DNA of 64,000 nucleotides from an uncultured Armatimonadetes bacterium (GCA_963717145.1 OY970325.1:704001-768000), one strand, 5' to 3'. Shown: positions 1 through 9,447, counted from the stretch's first letter. Program-made: numbers and translations. The notes: generated from the sequence alone by a model not told the origin.

Positions 1-417
1 ACTCTTGCCACAGTATCCGCATCTTCTGGCGATGAACCTGTGCTCGACTACGTCCACAGGCACGATGGGGATGTCGATGACTTGGCGGAGTCTCTTTACC
101 GTGCCCCCTGTGAGCGCTCGGCCGCAGTCCGGACACTTCGAGTGCGCGTGCTCGACTACACGGGTGGGTGTCTCCCGCCTGCGCACGAACGACTTCTTGC
201 GCTTCTTTCGTTCAGCTGCCCGGCGCTCTTTGCGGTTCGGCTTCACCCAGTCAGGCACGGATGGGGAACTGCCATCACCGCCGGAAAGCCTGGCGCGAAG
301 GTCTTCGTTCTCCTTCTCCAGGTCGCCGATACGCGCCACGAGTTGGGGAACTAGACCTTCCAACTGGCTGACCCTGGCCTCAAGCTCCTCGTATGTCGGC
401 TTGGATTGCTCGCTCAC
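1..417 (-). CDS. IS66-family transposase, N-terminal part (not in the ORF track)
   Basis: My translation from GTG at 417: VSEQSKPTYEELEARVSQLE (coiled coil)...KPNRKERR...CPDCG...RQVIDIP...EHRFIARRCGYCGK, i.e. the IS66 leucine zipper plus zinc finger. Confidence 0.85.
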   Translation of the reverse strand, partial: MSEQSKPTYEELEARVSQLEGLVPQLVARIGDLEKENEDLRARLSGGDGSSPSVPDWVKPNRKERRAAERKKRKKSFVRRRETPTRVVEHAHSKCPDCGRALTGGTVKRLRQVIDIPIVPVDVVEHRFIARRCGYCGKS

Positions 418-492
418 ACTCCTTGGTTCGAGACGCTCCCAGCAGGTTCCTTCTTCTTACAGACAAAATAATCCCTAAGCCTGAACTGTTAC
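1..492 (-). mobile_element. IS66-family element, left end (truncated by the window edge)
   Basis: Terminal 5'-GTAACAGTTCAGG on the minus strand ends at 492 (IS66 ends begin GTAA), followed by an IS66-type transposase N-terminus. Confidence 0.8.
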
Positions 493-552
493 GTCAACGC
501 CCACAGGCAGGGTAGGGGGCTATCCGCACGGAATACCACCCTGGGTGAGGAT

Positions 553-1542
553 ATGAAACGTCCGGTTGTGGCGGTTACAATGGGTGATCCGGCGGGGATC
601 GGGCCGGAGGTCGTGCTCGGTGCCTTGAAGAGCGCCGAGGTCTATGAGCGCACGGTCCCGGTCGTGATAGGGAGCATCGAAGTACTGCGGAGACAGACAG
701 GCGTCTCTGGGATCGAGCTGGTATCCGTCGATAGTCCTGAGAACGCTGAGGGGCAGTGTGGCCGCATGGATGTGCTCGATGTGCCGACGCCCGGAGTGGA
801 GTCGATCGTTCCGGGGAAGGTCCAGGCGGCGGCGGGAGTAGCGGCCGATGCGTACATCCGCAAGGCGTGCGACCTCGCCCTCGAAGGTCGCATCGACGCC
901 ATCTCGACCGCACCGATCAGCAAGGAGAATCTCCGAGCCGCCGGAATCCGAGGCATCGGGCACACCGAAGTGCTTGCCGAATACCTGCATTCCCCCGATC
1001 CGCTCACGCTTTTCATCACCGAGAACATGCGTATCTTCTTCCTCTCACGGCATCTCTCGCTTCGGCAGGCGATTGACTACATCACCGAGGAGCGGATGAT
1101 CATCATGATCCGCCGGGTCGATGCGTCGATGCGGGACTTAGGCTTCCAGTCGCCGAGTATCGCTGTCGCCGCGCTCAATCCCCATGCGAGCGACGGCGGG
1201 CAGTTCGGGGACGAGGAAGTGACGATCATCATCCCCGCGATCGAGAAGGCGCGAGGCGAGGGGATCGATGTCATCGGCCCGATCGGCGCGGACTCGGTCT
1301 TTCACCAGGCTCTCGAGGGGCGGTTCGACTGCGTGATCTCGCTCTACCACGATCAGGGCCACATCGCTGCCAAGACCCGCGATTTCTTCCGCACGGTGAC
1401 CGCGACCCTCGGGCTGCCGATCCTGCGCACATCGGTCGATCACGGCACGGGCTTCGACATCGCGTGGCAGGGGAGGGCGAACCCGGTCAGCATGGAGGCG
1501 GCGATCCTGGCGGCGGCGGAGATGCTGGGGCACGGGGCGTAG
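553..1542 (+). CDS. pdxA: 4-hydroxythreonine-4-phosphate dehydrogenase PdxA family
   Basis: Motifs TMGDPAGIGPE, TAPISKE, GHTE, LNPHA, YHDQGHI and RTSVDHGTGFDIA. Confidence 0.93.
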   Translation: MKRPVVAVTMGDPAGIGPEVVLGALKSAEVYERTVPVVIGSIEVLRRQTGVSGIELVSVDSPENAEGQCGRMDVLDVPTPGVESIVPGKVQAAAGVAADAYIRKACDLALEGRIDAISTAPISKENLRAAGIRGIGHTEVLAEYLHSPDPLTLFITENMRIFFLSRHLSLRQAIDYITEERMIIMIRRVDASMRDLGFQSPSIAVAALNPHASDGGQFGDEEVTIIIPAIEKARGEGIDVIGPIGADSVFHQALEGRFDCVISLYHDQGHIAAKTRDFFRTVTATLGLPILRTSVDHGTGFDIAWQGRANPVSMEAAILAAAEMLGHGA

Positions 1543-1608
1543 GGGCGAAGCATTGGCTGCCGAGTGCGGAACAGCTTGGGCAACCGGAAGCCAATGCTTC
1601 GCCCCTAC
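1539..1608. repeat. REP-like doublet, family A (GTAGGGGCGAAGCATTGGC...GCCAATGCTTCGCCCCTAC)
   Basis: Inverted repeat with GTAG/CTAC ends; further copies at 39771-39837 and 49718-49786. Confidence 0.9.
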
Positions 1609-2912
1609 ACGATGGCCTTGAACGCTTCCATCCGCTCGCAGTAGGCGCCCTGTGCCATCGGGGCGTCGAGCAGGGGGTCCTCGCTTTCCTCCATCCATTC
1701 CCGCAGCTTTCGGATGAGGTCATCTCGGATGGTCGCATGCTCCGGAGTATCGGCGAGATTGTGCTGCTCGTCCGGGTCATCGTCCAGATCGAAGAACTCG
1801 ATCGGCGGATGGTACATCACAGGGTAGGGGACATCGAGCGCCTTCGAGACCTCCACATAGGACTTCGCGTTGTTGCAGTAATCAGGCGAAGTTTCCTGCC
1901 AGGGTGCATTCTCGAAGTTGGCGATCAGCTTCCACCGCTCCGTGCGGATGGCCCTCATCGGGTCATAGTAGGTGTGATACGTCTTCTCCGCGAAGACGGC
2001 CTCGCGCGGGACGTAGTATTCCTCGGCGAGCAGCCCCTTGAAGCTGCGACCGTGCAGGTTCGAAGGAAGCGGCATCCCCGCGAGGTCGAGCAGGGTGGGG
2101 AGCACATCCACGTTCGATATCATCTCCCGGCGCGTGACTCCTCCCTGAGCGCCCGGGACGCGGATGATGAACGGCACCTCGATCCCGGGGTCGTAGAGGG
2201 TCATCTTGGCGTGAGGGAAGGCGATCCCGTGGTCCGCCGTGAAGACGACGATCGTGTTCCCGGCGACATTCGAGGAGTCGATCGCATCGACGATTCGCCC
2301 GAACGCCTCGTCGGCCGATGACACGGATGCCTCGAGTTCCGACAGGTCCTCGCGGATCTCCGGTATGTCGGGCAGCCAGGGTGGAACGGTCAAACTCCGA
2401 GGGTCCTGCGCCTCGACATCGGGGTGGTGGAACGGTCTATGCGGCTCACTGAAGCATACCTCCGCGAACAGGGGGCGAGATGAGTTTCCTCGTTGGGCCA
2501 TGAACTCCACGAAGCCATCCGCGACCTCGGCGCACCTGCCGGTCCTGTGGATCTGATCGTGCCCGCACCGCTCGGCGTGCCGGGCCTCGTGCTGAGAGCC
2601 GAAGAGGTGTGTATCGTAGCCTCCACCGCCGAGGATCTGGGCGAGATGCCGCTCCTCCGGGTGCAGGTCGTTTGCGAACCCGCCATGCGTGAGGCCGACG
2701 ACCCCGTTGGCATGGGGGAATCGCCCGGTCCATAACGCGGCGCGCGACGGACTGCACTGCGGTGCGGTGCAGAATGAGTTGGCGAACCGGATTCCTGTTC
2801 CGGCGAACCGGTCGATATTCGGCGAGCGAACGTCCTGCGCCCCGTAGCATTGCAGGTGTTGCCCCAGATCGTGGCAGATCACAACGACGATGCTCGGCTT
2901 CTCGGATAGCAT
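1605..2912 (-). CDS. Sulfatase (Cys-type, formylglycine-dependent)
   Basis: CSPSRAALWTGR (CxPxR) signature, HD near the N-terminus, TADHG. Confidence 0.93.
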   Translation of the reverse strand: MLSEKPSIVVVICHDLGQHLQCYGAQDVRSPNIDRFAGTGIRFANSFCTAPQCSPSRAALWTGRFPHANGVVGLTHGGFANDLHPEERHLAQILGGGGYDTHLFGSQHEARHAERCGHDQIHRTGRCAEVADGFVEFMAQRGNSSRPLFAEVCFSEPHRPFHHPDVEAQDPRSLTVPPWLPDIPEIREDLSELEASVSSADEAFGRIVDAIDSSNVAGNTIVVFTADHGIAFPHAKMTLYDPGIEVPFIIRVPGAQGGVTRREMISNVDVLPTLLDLAGMPLPSNLHGRSFKGLLAEEYYVPREAVFAEKTYHTYYDPMRAIRTERWKLIANFENAPWQETSPDYCNNAKSYVEVSKALDVPYPVMYHPPIEFFDLDDDPDEQHNLADTPEHATIRDDLIRKLREWMEESEDPLLDAPMAQGAYCERMEAFKAIV

Positions 2913-2931
2913 AATGTTCCTTTCCTGCAGT

Positions 2932-2994
2932 GTAGTGGCCGTGCCTCAGTGCCGGCCAGTGACTTGTAGGCCGGCACTGAGGCACGGCCACTAC
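2932..2994. repeat. REP-like doublet, family B (GTAGTGGCCGTGCCTCAGTGCCGGCC and its inverse)
   Basis: Perfect inverted arms; copies at 3194-3258, 39692-39756 and 50797-50861. Confidence 0.9.
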
Positions 2995-2997
2995 ACC

Positions 2998-3180
2998 TCA
3001 TAGATGCACGCGATGGATGATCAGCGAGTAGATCACATAGAACCAGCCGAGGAGCACATGCAGAAACGTCCATAGTATGGATTGCGTATGCCCCCACGAG
3101 ATCAGGCCGGCGATGATGCTCCCTGAGCCGACTCCGACTGCTGCGGTAGTCCTTGAATGGTTGTCAGACATGCTTATCAC
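2998..3180 (-). CDS. Small hypothetical membrane protein
   Basis: 60 aa with two hydrophobic segments (GSIIAGLISW...SILWTFLHVLLGWFYVIY); purine-rich RBS upstream. Confidence 0.7.
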   Translation of the reverse strand: MISMSDNHSRTTAAVGVGSGSIIAGLISWGHTQSILWTFLHVLLGWFYVIYSLIIHRVHL

Positions 3181-3193
3181 CTCTTTGGAGTAT

Positions 3194-3258
3194 GTAGTGG
3201 CCGTGCCTCAGTGCCGGCCACCGGGATGGCATGGCCGGCACTGAGGCACGGCCACTAC
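3194..3258. repeat. REP-like doublet, family B
   Basis: Same arms as 2932-2994 with a different spacer. Confidence 0.9.
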
Positions 3259-3261
3259 AAT

Positions 3262-5514
3262 TCACTTTGGGAGCTTGGCCGTTATTCTCTCAAGCGTCGA
3301 TACGTTCCTCAGCAGCCTGCCGTCGACGTACAGACTATACCCCTTCTTGATGCCTTCATAGCGCCGTCCATCGGGCCGATCATCCCAGACGATGCTGAGC
3401 ATGTGTCCCTTGTACGGCACGCGGTCGAGCCGGAAGTGGTCCCATGGCACTCCAGCGACCGGGTACAACTCGATCACATCGTCGCTCCTCGGGACGAGGC
3501 CGCCGATGAGGGTGACGATCAGGTCGTTGTAGGTCGAGTGGAAGTAGTCCGGACAGCCGTACATCTGCCCGTCGTCTGCGTTGCCCTCCTCGCGGATGTT
3601 CGGCTGCTTCCACGTGCCCTTGTCCTCATAGTGAAGGCTCGTGTATGAGTCGAGCAGTTCCCAGACCTTCCGCGGCGTGACTGCCGGGCTCATGTAAGTC
3701 CGGATACCCTGAGCGAGGGCCTGGGCGACGAGGCTCTCCGCATGTGGCCACGTCGGGCCGTTCCAGTTGCAGAGGGTGACCTTCGGCGTGTACATCGGAC
3801 ACTTCATCGTGCAGGTGGTCACCGGGTAAGTCCCCCAGAACTCCGATGGGTCTAGGAGCGATTCGAACGCCCGCACGGAGCGCTTGTCGGCGGCCCCGAA
3901 GGTGAACGGGTAGATGCCGACCACCTCCTTGACCATCGCCTTCTCGTCCGTGCCGGTCTTGATCGAATAGAAGTACCCCGTGTGCGAGTCCCACATCAGG
4001 GTGTTGATCGCTTCCTTGATCTTGTCGGCCAACGCATCGAACTGGGACGCCTTGCCCGGATCTCCGAGCGCGCGATACGCCTCGGCGACCGCACGGGCGT
4101 TAGCATAGTAGTATGCCGTGTAGTCGGGGCGATAAAGGTTGGTCTCCTTCGAGCGGTCGTAGTTGTCGAACGCGAACCATGCGGGCTGCCATTCCATGCC
4201 GGTCGCCCAGTGGTTCGGCGGGTTGAGCAGGTAGTCCCTCAGCGGCCGGTCGGTGGCAAGCTTGCCGGGGAATGCACATTCAGTGTCCTCCGCCCACGCC
4301 GGAAGGAGCTTCGCCAACTCCCTCCTGTCGGGGTGAACGAGGTACGCGTTCCAGAGAGTCTGCGCGATCCAGTGGGTGTACCCGCCGAACCGGCGTCCGT
4401 TTGGTTCGCGGCGCTTCCCGAGGATCTCCGCCTGGCCGAATGCATACCGGCCGTCCCTGAGCCACCGCACCTCATCCATGATGTGCGGCGCGCTGTAGGT
4501 GATATGCCGCGTGTATCCCCCGCGCTTGCCCTCGAAGAAGCCGGGAACGCCGTCCTCCTCCTGGTAGTTCACGCGGACGAGCAGCCACCGATAGTACCAG
4601 CAGCGAGTCCACTTCTCGTCGGGGCAGTCGAAGTACGGGATCTCGTCCGCGAGCCACTTCTCGATCTCGGCGCGCTTCTTGTGGATGCGCGTCCTGAGCG
4701 CCTCGTCGAACCGGTCAGCGCCCATCATCGCTCGGAACGGATATCGCGGCAGTTCGTTCGGATCGAGCGCCAGGAAGCCGATCCTCTTCGCCATCTCCCG
4801 GACCGACTTCGGCGTCCGGGAGAGAGGCGCGGGCTGATCCGCAGGGACCTCGATCGGGGCATCGAGGCCGAATGATCCCGCGAGTGCCTTGGCCTCGTCG
4901 GCGCTGAGGGCCGTGTTCCAGACCATCACATCGCCGAGCGATCCCCTGAAGTGCTCGCCGACGCTCCATCCGCCGATGGTCCAGTTGTCGGGATCCTTCG
5001 GGAACGGCTGGACGGGGGAGTTCGCGACCTCTTTCCCGTTGAGATAGAGCCGCGCATGCGACCGATCATCCAAGGTGATGGCGATGTGGAACCACTGGTC
5101 CTCGGGCAGCCATAGGGTGGGTATCCAGTCGCGGCCCCAGGATGCGAGCTTGGCGGAGTAGACGGAAACGACTAGGCCGCCCGCGTCAGCCGACCCGATC
5201 ACCTGCCCAAGCGCCTCGCTGGCGGTCTTGACTCGCGCGGAAAGAGTGAAATCCCTGCGGAACTTCATCTTCTCCGGAGCGCCGACCGCGATCTGAGTGC
5301 TGCCGTCGAACGCGAGTCCCTCGGAGGTCCACTTTCCGCCGGAGAGCCTTCCGTCGGCCTTGGATGTCGAGTAGTCGTGGACGATACTCCCCTTGCTGTC
5401 GTCCATCTTGTACCAGAGCACGAGGTTGTCCGGCTGAGGGATGGCGGTCGCGCTCAATGATGACATTATCGACAGGATGGCGCTGATGACGAGGATGATC
5501 GTTCGCACGGACAA
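3262..5514 (-). CDS. Secreted LamG-domain + (alpha/alpha)6 glycoside hydrolase (GH63/MGH1-like)
   Basis: Signal peptide; LamG motifs (WYKMDD...W.HIAIT...LYLNG...F.G.LGDVMVWNTALS); six-hairpin motifs (TGME, WDSHTGYF, WNGPTWP, DYFHS). Confidence 0.75.
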   Translation of the reverse strand: MSVRTIILVISAILSIMSSLSATAIPQPDNLVLWYKMDDSKGSIVHDYSTSKADGRLSGGKWTSEGLAFDGSTQIAVGAPEKMKFRRDFTLSARVKTASEALGQVIGSADAGGLVVSVYSAKLASWGRDWIPTLWLPEDQWFHIAITLDDRSHARLYLNGKEVANSPVQPFPKDPDNWTIGGWSVGEHFRGSLGDVMVWNTALSADEAKALAGSFGLDAPIEVPADQPAPLSRTPKSVREMAKRIGFLALDPNELPRYPFRAMMGADRFDEALRTRIHKKRAEIEKWLADEIPYFDCPDEKWTRCWYYRWLLVRVNYQEEDGVPGFFEGKRGGYTRHITYSAPHIMDEVRWLRDGRYAFGQAEILGKRREPNGRRFGGYTHWIAQTLWNAYLVHPDRRELAKLLPAWAEDTECAFPGKLATDRPLRDYLLNPPNHWATGMEWQPAWFAFDNYDRSKETNLYRPDYTAYYYANARAVAEAYRALGDPGKASQFDALADKIKEAINTLMWDSHTGYFYSIKTGTDEKAMVKEVVGIYPFTFGAADKRSVRAFESLLDPSEFWGTYPVTTCTMKCPMYTPKVTLCNWNGPTWPHAESLVAQALAQGIRTYMSPAVTPRKVWELLDSYTSLHYEDKGTWKQPNIREEGNADDGQMYGCPDYFHSTYNDLIVTLIGGLVPRSDDVIELYPVAGVPWDHFRLDRVPYKGHMLSIVWDDRPDGRRYEGIKKGYSLYVDGRLLRNVSTLERITAKLPK

Positions 5515-5515
5515 A

Positions 5516-5600
5516 CCCCCTCGGCCCGGAGGCCGGTCCCCCTTCGTAAGGGGGACATCTGTGCTGGCCCGGAGGCCGGTCCCCCTTCGTAAGGGGGACA
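5516..5600. repeat. Palindromic repeat family C (CCCCCTCGGCCCRGAGGCCGGTCCCCCTTCGTAAGGGGGAC), tandem pair
   Basis: Two copies here; others at 17305-17403 and 48686-48760. Confidence 0.88.
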
Positions 5601-5651
5601 GCTTTGGTGCAAGGTTAGTGGAGTGGGGGCGAAAATCCTCTTGAGGGAGGC

Positions 5652-5686
5652 AAACAGAAAGGCCCGGGAGTTTCCTCTCGGGCCTC
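5652..5686 (-). terminator. Intrinsic terminator after rpsR
   Basis: Stem AGGCCCG...CGGGCCT followed by a T-rich tail on the minus strand. Confidence 0.65.
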
Positions 5687-5708
5687 TGATGCGATAGAAT
5701 CCGCTGCC

Positions 5709-6014
5709 CTAGTCGGCAGTCGTGAACGGCAGCAGTGCGATCTCACGGGCGCGCTTGATCGCATGCATAATGATCCGCTGGTGCTTGGCACAGTTGCCGG
5801 TCGCTCTTCGCGGCATGATCTTGCCGCGATCGGACACGAATCTGCGCAACTTGGCCGTGTTCTTGTAGTCTATGGAATCGATCTTGTCCGCACAGAACGC
5901 GCACACTCTGCGTCGCGGCCTGCGGAACTTTCCACCGGGACCACCACGGTCACGGTCGCCACCGCCACCAGGACCACTTCTTCCACCGGGTCTTCCTCCG
6001 CTGGTTGGTCTCAT
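5709..6014 (-). CDS. rpsR: 30S ribosomal protein S18 (Cys-containing type, Gly/Arg-rich N-terminal extension)
   Basis: RRRVCAFC...IDYKN...[25 protein letters not shown]...AIKRAR.IALLPF. Confidence 0.97.
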   Translation of the reverse strand: MRPTSGGRPGGRSGPGGGGDRDRGGPGGKFRRPRRRVCAFCADKIDSIDYKNTAKLRRFVSDRGKIMPRRATGNCAKHQRIIMHAIKRAREIALLPFTTAD

Positions 6015-6045
6015 TTTCTATATCCTCCTGAAACGGTAAGGAGAT

Positions 6046-6480
6046 CTACTCCTCGGCAAACGGGTCTTCCAACTCCTGATCGGCGCCGACCGCAGCCGGC
6101 TCAGCGAGTTCGGCCGGTGCAGAGCCTTCCTCGCCATACTCCGGAACCGATTCGATGCGCTCCTTCGGCTTGTCGAGGCCCCTCAGGTTTTCCGCTATGA
6201 CTTCGGTGACGTATCGGCGAGTCCCGTCTTGGGCGACCCACGAGCGGACCTGCATCCGTCCGTCCACAGCGACCAGCCGACCCTTGGTCAGATAGGTCGA
6301 GGCAAACTCGGCAGTCTGCTTGAACGTCACAATCGGTATGAAGTCCGCTTCTTTCTCGCCCTGAGCATTGGGCCGCCGATCCACAGCGATTCGGAACGTA
6401 CAGACGGCCGTGCCGCTTGGCGAGTATTTCATCTCTGGATCGGAGGCGAGCCTTCCGATCAGTACTACTCTGTTCAACAT
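6046..6480 (-). CDS. ssb: Single-stranded DNA-binding protein
   Basis: MLNRVVLIGRL...KGRLVAVDGR OB fold; acidic tail EDPFAEE; lies between rpsF and rpsR. Confidence 0.97.
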   Translation of the reverse strand: MLNRVVLIGRLASDPEMKYSPSGTAVCTFRIAVDRRPNAQGEKEADFIPIVTFKQTAEFASTYLTKGRLVAVDGRMQVRSWVAQDGTRRYVTEVIAENLRGLDKPKERIESVPEYGEEGSAPAELAEPAAVGADQELEDPFAEE

Positions 6481-6532
6481 TCCATGTCCCTCCTGGCCTG
6501 CAGAAGTATGATTCCTTACCTGATTTATACTG

Positions 6533-6826
6533 CTATGGCTCGTCCGTGCGGACGATCAAATGGCGCATCACATCTTCGCCGATCTTCATGGTCCTGTCGA
6601 GTTCGTCTTTGACTGCCGGCTCGCCGCTGAAGTTCATAAGGACATAGATGCCTTCTCGCTGTCCCTTGACTTCGTAAGCCAGCCATCGCTTTTCCCATCG
6701 GTTGACGGACTCGACAGTACCGCCATGACCCTCTACCACTGCCTTGTATTTCTCGGTGATAGGGGTGATCTGCTCATCCGTGAGGTCCGGATGGACGATG
6801 TACAGCGCCTCGTATGGCCGTACCAT
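6533..6826 (-). CDS. rpsF: 30S ribosomal protein S6
   Basis: RPYEALYIVHPD...W..R.LAYEVK...G.Y...V.RHLIVR. Confidence 0.97.
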   Translation of the reverse strand: MVRPYEALYIVHPDLTDEQITPITEKYKAVVEGHGGTVESVNRWEKRWLAYEVKGQREGIYVLMNFSGEPAVKDELDRTMKIGEDVMRHLIVRTDEP

Positions 6827-6832
6827 GGATTC

Positions 6833-6880
6833 ACCTCCCCTCGGACTAATGGCCCTGAATCTAGTTCAGGGCAGGAAGGA
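6833..6880 (-). promoter_or_regulatory. S6:S18 ribosomal protein leader RNA (candidate)
   Basis: On the minus strand CCTTCCT pairs with the SD AGGGGAGG, enclosing hairpin GCCCTGAA/TTCAGGGC and an internal-loop CCG, directly before rpsF. Confidence 0.7.
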
Positions 6881-6968
6881 CGTCGGGTGCGGGCATACTG
6901 GCCCTGATCCTGGTGGATCCCCGACGCACTAGCCTCCACGGCATGCGCCGTGGACTTATTGTCGCGAC

Positions 6969-6997
6969 AGTCTACCACGTTCGGCCGGAGTATGCAA
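6969..6997 (-). promoter_or_regulatory. Sigma70-type promoter of the rpsF operon
   Basis: TTGCAT-17 nt-TAGACT. Confidence 0.6.
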
Positions 6998-7037
6998 GTC
7001 CGTTGCGTCAAGCGCGGCTACTCCGGTATAATGAGCG

Positions 7038-8244
7038 GTGAGGAAGGCGGTGTTTTTCGCTGATCAGATTCATCATCGGCATGCTGGTACTGATATCCAC
7101 GGAGGCAGCTATCATGGCAGATTCAACTACTGTGAAACCCGAGGGCAGGGCGATATGGGTCGTCCGCTGGGACGTCACCAACTGCGAGCAGATCAAGAAT
7201 GCGGTGGCTCTCGCGAAGAAGAACAACTTCAACACGCTCGTCGTTCAGGTTCGAGGTCGAGGGGACGCATTCTACAACTCGCACTTCGAACCGAGAGCCG
7301 AGGCCCTGACCGATCCGGACTTCGATCCGCTTCAGTGCTACATCGACGAGGGCCACAAGGCCGGGCTGAGGATCGAGGCTTGGATGAACACCCATTACAC
7401 CTGGGGGTCGGAGGAGCTTCCCAAGTCGCCGGACCACATCGTCAACAAGCATCCCGAGTGGCTGATGCACACCCGCGACAACGCAGTCACCCTGACCGCC
7501 GGCGGACAGTCCGAGGGAGCTTATACATGTCCGAGCAACCCCGAGGTCAAGGAGCACGTGCGCAACTGCTTCCTCGATGTCGCCAAGAACTACGACGTTG
7601 ACGGCATCCACTTCGATTTCGTCCGCTATCCGAGCGTGGACTACTGCTTCTGCGATGGATGCCTCAGCCGCTTCAAGGAGCGGATGGACAAGGTGACGGC
7701 CTCTGACAAGATCGAGACACTGGAGGCGATGAAGGACCGGCTGGCATATACGCAGGCGTTCCCACAGGAGTACGATCAGTTCCGCCGCGACCAGATATCC
7801 GACCTCGTGGGACAGATCTACCGTGGGGCGCACCTCATCAAGCCGGGGATCTCCGTCTCCGCATCGGTTTTCCCGAGCTACGATGACGCGTACAATCACC
7901 GATTCCAGGACTGGAAGTTCTGGCTGAGGCTCGGGATCGTCGATGAGCTGTTCCCGATGATCTATGCGCAGGACACGGAAACGTTCGTGAAGAACTGCGA
8001 GGATGCCGTGAAGTCGGCGAACGGTCGCCAGGTCTGGGCGGGAATCGGCTCATGGCGCATACCTGTGGAGAGCGCGATTGAGAAGATCGAGAAGGCCCGG
8101 GAACTCGGCGTCCAGGGCATATGCCTGTTCTCCTACGGCGCGGCGACCAAGGATGGTACGGACGATACATACCTCGCGGAGATCAAGAAGGCCGTATTCC
8201 AGGTGCCGGCCTCGATCCCCGAGATCACGTGGTTGAAGAAATGA
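7038..8244 (+). CDS. Family 10 glycoside hydrolase-like protein (GHL10/DUF187); probable 1-nt indel near the 5' end
   Basis: EGRAIWV, FNTLVVQVRGRGDAFY, FDPL, YDVDGIHFDFVRYP, FQDW. Removing one T from the T5 run at 7053-7057 joins GTG 7038 to the ORF and restores a signal peptide (MRKAVFSLIRFIIGMLVLISTEAAIMA). Confidence 0.88.
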
Positions 8245-9347
8245 CACTCGGAGTCGCAAAACCTGAGGAAGTCGGCCTGGACGCCGAGCGCCTGAAACGA
8301 GCCGAGCAGATAGTCATTGGCGGCGTCGAGAGGGATGAGTACACCGCCGGCGTCTACCTTGTCGCGCGACATGGAAGGATCGCCGCTCAGGGCCCATTCG
8401 GTCGTTTGGGCGAACCCGGCGCACCCGAGGCGAAGATCGACTCGATCTTCGACATGGCGTCGATGACGAAGCCGGTCTCGACCGCCACGTCGCTCATGAT
8501 GCTGGTCGAGCAGGGCAGGCTGCACCTCAATCAGCCGGTGACGGACTTCTTCCCCGACCGCAAGATGCCGCATCTCTCCGAGGTTACGATCAAGCAGCTT
8601 CTCACGCACACCTCCGGTCTCCCGGCATGGTGCGATCTCTTCTCGAAGGAGGGAACGCGCGAGTCGGCGATCGAGCAGCTCCTGCAGATCCCGTTGGAGA
8701 AGCCACCGGGCACGCACTACGCCTACAGTTGCATGGGGTACATCACGCTCGGCCTGGTGATCGAGGGGATCACAGGCATGCCGCTCGAGGTGTTCGCCGC
8801 CGAGAACGTCTTCAAGCCGCTGGGGATGGCAGAGTCGGGCTACAACCCATCGAAGGACTTGTGCGGGCGGATCGCGCCGACCTCGCACAGTCGCGGAAGG
8901 GATTACTGCCTCAAGGGGGAGGTCCATGACGAGAATGCCCATGCGATGGACGGGAACGCGGGCAACGCGGGGCTCTTCTCGACTGCGCCGGATATCGCGA
9001 TCTACGCGCAGATGATGCTCAACGGCGGGGAGTATGACGGTGTGCGCCTCCTGAGCCCGCTCAGTGTTCGACTGATGATCTCGAATCGGATCGATCCCTC
9101 GATCGGCGGTCACGGCCTGGGGTACTTCACTCGGCCGAACGAGATGACTCCTGCTGCCGACCTCTTCTCTGCACGTGCGGCGGGACACACGGGGTTCACT
9201 GGGACGTCGTTCCTGCTCGACCCGGAATACGACATCTTCGTGATCCTGCTGACGAACCGCGTCTACAAGAAGCGCGAAGCCCCGGATTTCCTCCGTCGCC
9301 GACGCCTCTTCCACAACGCCGTCGCAGCTTCGATAGTGGGGGAGTAG
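8241..9347 (+). CDS. Serine hydrolase, beta-lactamase/AmpC-like family
   Basis: SMTK (SxxK), LLTHTSGL, YS, GNAGLFS and GHTGFTGTS; ATGA overlap with the upstream gene. Confidence 0.92.
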   Translation: MTLGVAKPEEVGLDAERLKRAEQIVIGGVERDEYTAGVYLVARHGRIAAQGPFGRLGEPGAPEAKIDSIFDMASMTKPVSTATSLMMLVEQGRLHLNQPVTDFFPDRKMPHLSEVTIKQLLTHTSGLPAWCDLFSKEGTRESAIEQLLQIPLEKPPGTHYAYSCMGYITLGLVIEGITGMPLEVFAAENVFKPLGMAESGYNPSKDLCGRIAPTSHSRGRDYCLKGEVHDENAHAMDGNAGNAGLFSTAPDIAIYAQMMLNGGEYDGVRLLSPLSVRLMISNRIDPSIGGHGLGYFTRPNEMTPAADLFSARAAGHTGFTGTSFLLDPEYDIFVILLTNRVYKKREAPDFLRRRRLFHNAVAASIVGE

Positions 9348-9444
<97 letters not shown>

Positions 9445-9447
9445 TCC

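Noticed and set aside
5..478. Plus-strand ORFs 5-478 and 40-354
   Set aside because: They are antisense shadows of the IS66 transposase on the minus strand.
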